From positions 145,824,001 to 145,888,000 of the forward strand of contig JBITNC010000001.1 of the NCBI GenBank assembly GCA_050084985.1: a DNA stretch of 64,000 nucleotides. Direction: 5' to 3'. Below the pieces are notes generated by a model. It searched no databases. It saw nothing but the letters and a program-made list of their open reading frames with translations, and had not been told where the DNA came from. A program made the translations under genes and the position numbers. The stretch is from Nageia nagi. Taxonomy: Eukaryota > Plantae > Pinophyta. Below are positions 11,600-22,600 of this stretch, in pieces (position 1 is the first letter of the stretch; every line of letters begins with the position of its first letter).

Positions 11600-14335
11600 T
11601 TCCCCATTTCAAGATGATGATTTTTGAGTTGAGGTTGATGCTTCTACATGCTCTTCAATTTTTTCTATCCCAAATATATTTTCCTTTTATTGGTCAATAG
11701 CAATTGAATCCATTTTTGAAAGTAGATTAAGCTCTTTCTTCACTAGATCAACATTACTAGGTTGCATAGATGAAGTACTCTTAGCTTTCTTCTTCAATAG
11801 AATCTTGTAATCCATGTTGTTTTCTTGGATGATCAATTTTAAAATTTAATTTTTCTATTGAAATTGGGCAACATTATTCCTCTGCTCTTATGATTCAAAC
11901 AGGTAGGCCTTTACATTTTTGAAATGCTACTACATCACTTTTATTGTATTCTTCAAGTTTTCATATCTTGTCTACATTCAAAGTTAAAAATTTTAGTATC
12001 ACTTTAAAATATGAATAATACCAAAAAATCATATATTTAATTCTAATTGTTAAAACTTACATTAGCTTTTTGCTTTTCTACATTTGATGTATTAAGTAAT
12101 TTTTCGTCATATATCTATTTATCAAAATAAATATGGGCTTCAGTATTGATATTTTCTAACCTATTTAATGTCATGTTTAGAATGTTATTAGTTATTATTT
12201 TTTTAAACTTAAAAGTCCCCTCCTTTGTATCTTTCATCAAAGAATCGATGACACTCAAGTTATGTGTAATGACCTCATACAACTTATCCCTTCGAATGTA
12301 ATTTTGATATCAAGAATTTATCTCTTGGATCAAATTATTTTCCTATTTCTCAAATATAATTAATTATTTTATATAAAAAATGAGAAATTGATTCATATTT
12401 TTCAACATAAACTTTCCAACATCTGTTGAATTTTTAAAATCCAAAGCTTCATCTTTTAATTCTTTGGTCATCTTTTCCTCAGATGTCAAGGGTGTTTCTT
12501 GTCTCTTGGCCATTATAGTGGATTTAGGCTCTTTGGACATAGGCTAGTCCTATCTAATTTCATCTTGTGCCTCAAATGGTTATGTGCTATAAACAACATG
12601 TGTCCCAAAAAATCTACAAACATATTTTGTAACTTTGAATCATCCAAACCATCAATCTTTATACAGTGCAAACTATCATTTGACACCTTAAGGCCAAAAC
12701 ATGCATTGGGAAAAATAACATGAATATTAACTTTAAAACTCTTTGGATGACTTATTCCTCATGCTTTCCTTGGTTGAGGGACACTTTCTCTCATTCTTTG
12801 TTGTTGTTTTGGTCATGGTGATGGTAATAAATATTTACCCCATCATAGAGGTATTTTCTAATGAGTTCCTACAAAAATGAAATGCAATATAGTTAAATCC
12901 ACCAAATATTTTATAAAAAAAAAAAGAATAATAAAAATAACTTAATTAATAAAAATTTCCTACCCCTTGATTGCGATGATGGTGTAGTATGATTGGTTTA
13001 AACATTATATCCATGAATAACTTGTAACTGGGGTATATCATGAACCATTATTTCAGTAATTGAATCTACATTTTGAAATTATAATTAGTTACAAAAATGA
13101 TTCTAATACATAAATACAATTTCAATATTTTCCTTCCCTCTCCTACATGGGTGTCACCTCCAGTTATTATTTAGTAGGAAGAGAAGATTTCTCTTTAGCA
13201 TCCTCTTCTATCTTAGAATCAATTACATGCATATGTCTATGAGTCTTATGATGCTTTTGATAATTAGTTTGAGAACTAAGAGATTGAGATGTTGTGTCTA
13301 ATTCTCCATGAACTTTTTGTGGCTATTTTCCTCTTCAAAACAACATCCCTTCTATCCTTCATAGCATCAAATCTTTTTTGAAATAAAATGCATTTAATTA
13401 ATACTATCAAAATAGATAAAACATTAAAATTTAAAAAATTTATATTAAAATTCCATTAAAGGATTTTACAAACCTACAATTGGATAGGAGACAGACCTAT
13501 CTACATAATCAATTAATGGTGTGATGTTGCTATTAGTGTTTCCTTCAAATCAAACAATGCCTCATAGTATAGGGCAAGAATGAAATTAGTTATATGTACC
13601 TTTTCCACACATGTTTTTAATTTAATAAACTCATTTTTTATCTTAGATGAAATATAAGAAGACTAGTCATATCAAGTTCCATAAAAGGAATGTAGAAGAC
13701 AAGATACTACCCAAAATGGCATATCACCTATTTTTTCTTAATGAATCAATTGACTAGTATAAAATTCCATGCAAGCCTTGAGAAATTCATTCTCAATGTA
13801 AGACATCAAAATACCTCTTTACACATTTTTTGAAATCACTATAAATAAAATAATAAAATTTTGAATATTTAGAATGAATTAGTTGAATAAAAATTCAACT
13901 TTAATAAAAAATTGTATTCCAAAAAGAATTCATACCTTGTAAAAAATATGTATTCCCATTATAATGCTCTTCAAGGTAGAATTTATCTTCATCGCTTATG
14001 AGTACATTGGAATGCACATGCTCTCCTCCTTGAAATGGTAATTTAGTTAAGTGAGCTATATCCTCAAGGTTGAAGGAGAAAGTGAAATTATTCTTATTTT
14101 GTATCATAGTCACCAAATTGTTATTTATATCATAGTTCTTAAAAATATTCTCCAACAATGCTTTTTTTGAAGGAATTTTAGGCATATAAATCAACCCATA
14201 TAAAGATGTGGTGTGCATCGATTCCTTGGCTGAATCCTCCATTTGGTCCAATAGAAGGATCAAATCATCAACTAGGTAAAACTTGAAGTCAATATTTTTT
14301 TCCCTAACTCTAGATCCAGTATAGCTACTCATCAT
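11600..14335 (-). pseudogene. Multi-exon PMD (plant mobile domain)-like gene inside the hAT element
   Basis: Exon 1: SLYGLIYMPKIP..KALLENIFKNYD...FSFNLEDIAHLTKLPFQG, resembling the PMD-type motif LEDVA.I.GLP..G. GT-AG intron at 13935-13839 keeps the frame into exon 2 (...LHSFYGT*YD*SSYISSKIKNEF...). Further AT-rich intron-like gaps separate E/K-rich exon-like blocks down to ~11600. The 3' end is approximate. Confidence 0.6.
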
Positions 14336-14573
14336 TACCTAATTATTTGATATATTACTTCTTATTAAGTTCTAAACTCTCTTTCTAAGGTTCATTTCCT
14401 CATTGCAGAATGCTACCCATTCAAATGAATCAAATTAAATTATATGTAGGCTATATATAAAGGGTGCATTAATTATACTATGGATTTGTACATGTGTCAT
14501 CACCATATTAGTAGATAGAAGGCACCATTTACTTCTTATAAATGGGTCCTTCTATATTCCATATCCAATCAAA

Positions 14574-14860
14574 CTAGCTGCATATGGAATGCAAATTGTC
14601 CATCTACATCAAAAATGCAACTAATCCAAGTGCATCATGAATACAATCAATCTAGCTACATCTAGAATGTAGATGATCTAGGTTCTTCATGAATGTAATC
14701 GGTCTAGCTATATTTGGAATGTAACCAGCTTGGGTGCATCTAGAATGCATATGATCTGACTACATACAGAATGCAATTAATCTGATTGCATATATAATGC
14801 AACTAGTCTAGGTGCATCCAAAATGCAACTAATCTAGATGCATACATAATGTAACAAGCC
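14574..14860. repeat. 26-bp tandem array (~11 copies), unit ~aatgcaactagtctaggtgcatccaa
   Basis: Regular 26-bp period; lies upstream of the minus-strand PMD-like gene (TATA-like sequence at ~14452-14461). Confidence 0.88.
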
Positions 14861-15725
14861 TATAAAATATCAACTTGTCATTCATTTTAATGTAATCTCA
14901 TATTCCTTCTTCGGTAGTACTTAGTGAAGAATTATCTCTAGGAAAAGTACCTACATCTTTTCAACCTATTGAATGATAGAGTTTCAAATAATCATAAAGA
15001 TTATTTTGAAATATTATCCAAAATAGGAAGAAATTATTTGTAGACTAAATATATGGAGGTTTCTTACAATTTCAATTAGATATGATTAGTTACCAGCTAG
15101 TAATAATTTGTTGATTTTATTTTAAGTTAATCTTTTTCATCATTTTAAATATTATGTATATAATTTTTTGTAATTAATTAATTTTCAATACTATATAGTT
15201 TACTTTTATTTTGAAACTCTATTCTTGAATATTTCCCAATGTTGGTTTGTTCTTGACTTTCACATAGGTGCAGAGGATATCTTCCATGATTACAACAACC
15301 TAGATGAGACATCTTCCATGGTGGAAAGAAGTTGTAGGGAATAAGTAATATTGGAGCTTGCTAAGCTTGATCTTTGATCAAGTTTATTCATTTTCACTTT
15401 TCCCTTGCACCTGAATCTCTAAAAGTTTGACCTCTACCAAGAGACATCATCCATTATGGAAAGACTACTTGTACTAAAATCTTAATCATTTAATGTATAC
15501 ATATATGAAGTTTTATATTCTAAATGGTTTATTGCATTAGAAAATTTACAATGATATTTTTGCCATGTTTTTATATTTATTTTATAAAATTGTTCAAAAA
15601 TTGCTCAATAATTTATATTATTTTTGAAAATTCACCTTCAATTCAAAATAGATTTCATCTACATTCACCTAGGATTTTTAGGTCCATTTCAAATGAGGGG
15701 GCTTAAAATTTTCCCTAACTTCAAT

Positions 15726-17590
15726 GGCATTCAAATATTATGATGAAGAAATAATTATTCATACCTTTGAGCCCATGTTTTCCATTTTTCTATCTCTTAT
15801 AGGGAGGTACTAAGGTGTGTGAATGCCTATTCCTACACACTTTGGATTTTTTGGATCAACATCCTCTCTTGGTCGATGAGATCAACAACTTATTCCTCTC
15901 TAAAGAGATAAAATTCTAAATTCTTTCACATTCCTCTCATTCCCTTCAAAGATGTCTTATTTGTTCTTCGATGTTCTTCAACTATTATTGTAAATATTTA
16001 TTTTCTACAAGGGCCTACATCATTTCATTATCCTTATTAGTTATTGACTCTATATATTCATAAGTAAAGCAATTTAAGAAGTTTTAACTTTTGAGTTGGG
16101 ACATGATGTTGTGTACATAAACTTGAATTAAAATACCATATTACACCTTTTCTAACCATAATATCCCTTAGTAATATCTTTAGTGTCTCATTAGATGCTT
16201 TTTTGAGGGTATGAATACTCTTCATCCATAACTTCTTTATAGATATTTTAGTACGAATTTCCTCTTCATCCACTCATATGAGTACTTTTGTATACCATTA
16301 GCAATTATTAGCAATCCTTTACTAGTTAGCTATTAGATTTATAGGTGGGATTTCCCAATCTACAAATGCATTGTGCTAGCAAATCATGGTGGATCATAGG
16401 GTAAATCATCTTGCAGAACATCTTGTTTCTCTCCCAAATGAGGTATAAGAAAATGTTATTCATCATGGGATTCGTGACTTCTTATTTTCTTTGGAGGAGA
16501 TGGATTTCCTTCTTTGTCATGATTTGGCTATCATTACTTTATATCTTTTGGACATTTTTTGTTGTTGCATGATTACTCAACTCTAAACCAAGGAGCATTT
16601 ATGCTTTTATATTCAATTATTTTCCTATCTTGGTCTCACTTGGAGACTAATTCTACACGTTCCCTATAAACCATTGTTGGTGCAATATGTGGCTTACATG
16701 GATCCTTCCTCAATCTTGCCAAGGGAAAGTTTGGAACCTCTTGCAGTCTCATGGATGCTTTGGCATCAAATTATTCCCTAGGAGACTACCTATTCTTTTG
16801 TGGTTTCTAGGAGATTGGGGAAATTAGATTATTTCCCACCTATTTTCATCATTCTACCTTTTTTAGCTATTTCATCAAACATGATGACCTATATTCTTAA
16901 TCCTTCTACATATAGTACCTTATATTAGGCTTTGGAATCCCTTGATTTTGAGTTATCCATTGATAGATTTTACTATACTGGTTTAGAGTTATCTAACTAA
17001 GGTAACTACCCATTAGGTTTATCAATGGAGCCTAATAATGAATTCCTAGTTTTCATGCATTTAATAAGTGAAGAGAAGAAATTTTTTTTTTGTAAAGAAA
17101 TTTTGGTTAACATTCATGAAACAAACTATTATATTTATGAACAAACAATACATTAAGGAAGAATTGAATTTTATTTAGTACATAAAGGGATTCTTTTCTT
17201 TCATTTCATCCTCACTTAGTAATAGGGTTCTCATCCTCATTATTCATCTTTGTGAGCTCCTTGTCAAATAGTAAAATTTTTTATCTCCTTTATTGAAGAT
17301 ACTCAATTATTTTAGGTGTAATATTAAGAATATTTTGACCATAGAAGAGGGAAAATCTCTATTTGCACTTGGTGTGATGATTTTCTTGTTGTTCTCCATA
17401 GCCTAAATGATTTCTTCTTGTAGTTTCTCCTTTCCTTTCCATTTTTATGATTCTAAATAAGTTTTTTATGTAATATCATCATTTATTTCCATATTATCCT
17501 CAAAGTTTACTTTCTTTTTCTTTCTTTGTTTTTTCTTTCCCTTCTATGTTCTTTTCTTTCCTTTCATACTCTAATAAAATATTCAACTAA
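15726..17590 (-). pseudogene. Degenerate gag-like region of the outer LTR element
   Basis: Purine-rich, coding-like minus strand; DEEEIRTKIS..LW fragment (ORF 16058-16273); located downstream of the PBS. No RT, RNase H or integrase motifs seen. Confidence 0.4.
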
Positions 17591-17768
17591 GATGCAACAT
17601 ATTAAAGTAGGAAAAATAATGTTTTTTTTTAAATAGTCCTTAATACATAGCATGATAAAGCTTTTCCTAAGGTCTTAGCTTATTATATACTCTAAACCTT
17701 CAATAAAATATAATTATTCCATGTGTACATTAGCAACCATGGCATTTAGTCTCTCAGTCACTATCCAT

Positions 17769-18384
17769 AAATGTGGTTGATTAATGCACTATTGATCTAC
17801 TTTGTAAATGTTGATGTATATATCAGAAATATATCAATAACATGTAATAGGAATGCAATAATGTTTACTTAGATTTTATGTTTGTTCTATTAATCATAAA
17901 ATGTACAAAAGAAAAAGCATACATTCTTTAACAAGCATGCTACCAATGCCCTAGAATTGGTACATTGTTGGCATCATAATGTGAGCAAAATTACAACATG
18001 AACAAGAACATTGTGATGAGTAGGCTATCAAATAATCAAATGATGAACATACATGTGAACTTATAGAATAATAGATGCAGAATATAGATATAAAAAGCAA
18101 GATGTAACCCTTCAAATGATCTTCAATTGATTATCTTTGTATTAGCTTGAAATGATTATTTTCCCATGATTCACTCATGGTTCTATAGGCCATCAAATGA
18201 TGCCTTTATATATGATACAAGTTTGCATGAATTTGATATTATGACACCTTATACATTCCACAAGGGTCAAATACATGACCTGCACCTCTTCTATACATCT
18301 TAAATTCCTTTTTTCAAATAATACATTATCAAGGGATTAAAATGATTTATTAAATACATAAAGGTTCACTATGATGCATCTACA
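17769..18384 (-). repeat. 3' LTR of the Tat element (alignable part)
   Basis: Aligns with 24582-25183; ends ...gcatctaca. Confidence 0.85.
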
Positions 18385-18944
18385 TTTGCCCCTCTTTAGA
18401 TGTGTGATTGAAGCAATGAAATTACATGTCCAAAGAAGAAGTATAAAAGAAAATTTTTGGATCCTTTTGTTGATGTTGATTAAATGATGATGAGGGTCCC
18501 TATGCTACCCATATTTTGACATGGGTGCCCCAAGAAAAGTACTTAAGTAGAGTAGCAAAGGAAAAGGGTGCTGAAGAAGCTATATTCAAGATACTATTTG
18601 GATGATGTTTGGATGACTATAAAAATCCTTGTCTAAGGCTAGAGATGGAAGATATGATGTGCCTCCTTTATACTATTTCAATCATGAATTTGATCACTCT
18701 ATTATGTTAGATACTTAGGAAACTAATGCACTTACATGCATGCCTTGAAACAAAGAGATGATGGTTTGGATGAGTGGAAATGGTAATGAAATCTACACTG
18801 ATAGCAACCTAAAAGAGAGTGAGCATAATGTTGGGACCTATTTTTGGCTATGTTTCTTGCTAGGATTAAGAACTTGCACTAATATTTTAGTCATAAAATT
18901 ATATGATGAATGCATAGTAAGCTACATCATCCATCAAAGATGAT

Positions 18945-19450
18945 CTAATTTCAACTATCTTATTTACTTTTGCATCGCTAGTTTATATTTTAAGTGAGTG
19001 AACTCTCACTAGCCATATCAATGCCCATTGATGATCATATGTTTGTATTTCTATGATCTGAAGATAATATACTTTAGATGGGTTCAAAGAAAAAGGCATG
19101 TGGATACATGCCAAAATATCTAATCCATTGGAAAAGATTTAATTTTCTAATATTTGTATCGTTGGTTTACTTTTAAGTGAGAGAACTTTCACTAGCCATT
19201 TCATTCGCCATTGACAATCATGCATTTTTATATCCATGATACAAAGATAGTATTAGATGATTTCAATGCAAATAACCATGTGGATATATAATAAGTTGTA
19301 TCATCCATTGATGATGAGTCAATATCAACAACTTGCTAATAATTGTATCATCAGTTTACTTTAAAGTGAGGGAACTCTCACTAGCCATTTCATTGGCCAT
19401 CGATGATCATGCATTTTTTTATCCATGATCCAAAGATATTATACTATAAA
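18945..19450. repeat. ~185-bp tandem repeat (~3 copies) in the Tat 3' UTR
   Basis: Recurring taagtgag.gaactctcactagccat...gccattgatgatcat at ~18991, ~19174 and ~19363. Confidence 0.85.
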
Positions 19451-19609
19451 ATATTTTTTTTTGCATGCCATAAGTATCATTATAGTAGTTAATTATGTCA
19501 TCAGCACCATGTCTTGCTTGGATCTATATAGAAAATAAAAAGAGGTTATGCCCTTGCATTTGATATGAATTATTTTGCAAGGGCATAGAGCTATTCTTTT
19601 TAAGCATAA

Positions 19610-22600
19610 AAAATCTTGATATGGATGGTATTTAAGGTTTTTGGTTCATCCTTTATATTGAATGTTGATAACTTGAATGCTCTTAATATTTTTGCATCAA
19701 CAACAACATATGGACCCAACCAATTGGGTTCAAAGTTCCCTTTAGCCTCCTCATTTGATGCTATTTTGTTGATATTCTCTTTTAAGACTAGATCCCCTAT
19801 TTTGAACTCTTTAGCTTTTATCTTTTTACCAATTGCTCTCTTAAGTTTGGCATGGCAAACCTTTTTATATTCAATGGCTTTAATTTCTCATTGTTGGTAT
19901 CATAATTTCCCTTCACTTGATTGACCATAAGCTATGAATCCCCATAAGTTTCTATGTCTATTATTTTTAGTTCTAAAGTCACCTTCAATCGCATAATTAG
20001 AGCCTTATAATTATCCATATTATTAGTGCATGTAAAATTCAATTTGTATGCAATAGGGATTACTTGATTAGCAAGAAACACCAAAATAATACCTTACCAT
20101 ATCCCATGAATGCATCTAAAACCATCAAAATACAAGGTCTAGACTACAAGCTCATCCTCTAGAAGACAAATATAATCATTAGGGATGGAGATCTCCTTAA
20201 TGTCACACTATTGGAACCCTATTTATAGGTCATTAAGCTGTTGGCACCATGGCTCCACCTCAAAAATACCAAGAAATTTTTCATAGACCATTGCCTTGCA
20301 TTCCTAATGGAAATCTACTATCAGATCTGTAATTAACTATCCTTTAACAAATTTTTTCTTCATAATATTAATATCAAATTCCTATAATAACATTAGCCAC
20401 TTTGTAAATCTACCTAATAAATGTTGTTTAGCTATAAGATTTTTTAAAGGATTAATAGGACTAACAACATGTGGTGCAATATAACAAGTAATGCCTTAAT
20501 TTTTAATAGTAAATATCATAGCAAAGTAGATCTTCTCTATAGGAGTGTACCTTGTCTTGTAATCAATCAACATCTTTCTTAGAAAATAGATGGCCCTCTC
20601 CTTGTTATCTTCAATTTTTTGACACAACATGGTTCCTATGGCATATAAGGAGGCTGAAATATACAAGTAAGTAGGTTGGGAAAAATCCATTGGAATAAGG
20701 ATAGGGGGATTGAGCAAAATATTGCTTGATATATTCAAATGTTTTATGGCAATTTACATCCCATACAAACTTGACATCTTTTTTAAGTGAGTGAATTGTC
20801 TATACTTATCCCCTAGCTATGAGATTAACCTCTTAACTAAGTTTATCTATCCTTGAAGGCTTATAAGTTGTTTCAAGATTCTAGGAGGAGGAATGTCAAT
20901 AATGGCTTTTACTTTTTTAGCATCTACCTTAATTCCACTATTTGAAACTATTAACCCTAAAATTGTTTTGGAAGTAACTCCAAATGTACACTATGAAGGT
21001 TTGAGTCTTAGTCTGTACCATTGCAAAATGTTGAATACCTCTTCAAGGGCTTGCAGTTGGTCTAGACCTTGCTTTCATTTGAAATGTATATCATTAACAT
21101 AAACCTCCACTATTTTGTGAATGTGCTTATGGAATATAGTGACCATGGCTCTCCAATATGTCACACCTGCACTTTTTAGTCCAAAAGGAATAACCTTCCA
21201 ACCAAAATTACCCCAAGGGGTTGTGAAAGTTATTTTATGTTGATTGGTAGGATTACTTAAAATTTAATTGTAACTAGAAAAACCATCCATAAATGATAAC
21301 ATATCATGGCTATTTATGCTATCAAAAATCATATCAATATTGAGTAATGGAAAATTATCTTTAGGATAAGCATTGTTGATATCATGAAAATCAGTACATA
21401 CCCATATTTCACAAGTTAGTTTAGTAAGTGGAATAATGTTGGACATCCAATCAAAATAATCAATAGGCTCTATGAATCCTACTTGTAAGTATTTTTCAAT
21501 CTTTTTTTTTACTAACAATGACTTGAAAGGATGCATTTTTCTAGGCTTTTGCTTAATTGGCTGGGCATTTGGTTTTAATGGCAAATTAAGTAGGATCTAA
21601 CCTAGGCATATCATCATAAGACAAACAAAAAATTTTAAAATGTGTAATGAATTTATATATGTACCTTTATTACTCAAAAGAGGCTAGGGTTGCTCCAATT
21701 TGAAGTAATCTCTCTTTATCTGTAGTGCCAAGTTAATTTTTAGCAACTCTTCTTATGGGAAGGTGAGATCCTTCTTTTATTGTAATAATGATGGCAAATA
21801 CTCCATAGTAGGATCAATAATCTCATCTTATTCTAAGGGCTGAACCTATAAGACATCATGAAATTTGACCTCTTGTCCAAAGTAAGCATACTCATCAAGC
21901 ATATAAGAGGCATGATATTTTTTGTTAGACTTGGGCAATTTTGAATGTTGCCACAAGTATTCAAGCAAATCATCATCAGTACGAAAATAATCCAATGAAA
22001 GAGGAAAGCTATGATCAATCCACATATATTCATTAATTTCATCAGATAATTCTATCACATTAGATATTTTATCAAATTATATGGGACCCCATTTTTGTTT
22101 GACCTATCCATCACTACTGATACCTATCTTAGTAAGTTGTGTTTTAGGATAAATAGAAAAATCAAACATACCTTACTCAATTTTACCTAAACCTCCTCCT
22201 TTGTACTTGTAATTATTAACCACATACTTTTGAAAAAAATTAAAAGGAAAGATTTTACCTAATTCTAAAGATGCAAGGACATCATTTATAGAAAACTAGT
22301 TCTTTTTGTTAGACTAAATAAAGCTAGAAGGGCCACTAATGTCACCATTTATATGAAATTAGTGCCCTATATTTAGAATATCATGCCACTAGTAGCCTAA
22401 AATAACAAATATTTGAGGCCATCCCCAAGTATTCAACACATGTAAATAAGTTTGTATCATCTACGTTGTAAGTCCCCATACCTATTTTCATGATTTGTAC
22501 ATGTTTGTCTATATTTTACCCTAGTGTGGGATCATCCAAGGGTTTTATTTCAAAAGTTGTGGAACCCAGGCCATCTCCTCAAAGTCAGTAGCATTGCATA

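Larger units (their letters stand above)
7049..15717 (+). mobile_element. hAT-superfamily DNA transposon with ZNF862-like transposase and a convergent second gene
   Basis: 8-bp TSD acttcaac (7041-7048) / acttcaat (15718-15725). Imperfect TIRs: ctaaaaaaattttaag versus reverse complement tagggaaaattttaag, a hAT-like (C/T)AGGG start decayed on the left. Contains the transposase. Confidence 0.8.

Noticed and set aside
7039-15724. Alternative reading as a Mutator element with a 9-bp TSD (taacttcaa)
   Set aside because: The transposase is hAT-type, there are no long TIRs, and the 8-bp TSD register gives equal-length TIRs starting (C/T)AGGG. The exact ends remain uncertain by 1-2 bp.
19340-19400. 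Hammerhead ribozyme core (ctgatga on the minus strand) in the Tat 3' UTR repeat
   Set aside because: There is no correctly placed GAAA or stem II/III. The other two copies read ccaacga and ctagcga, so the match looks like a CpG-decay product.
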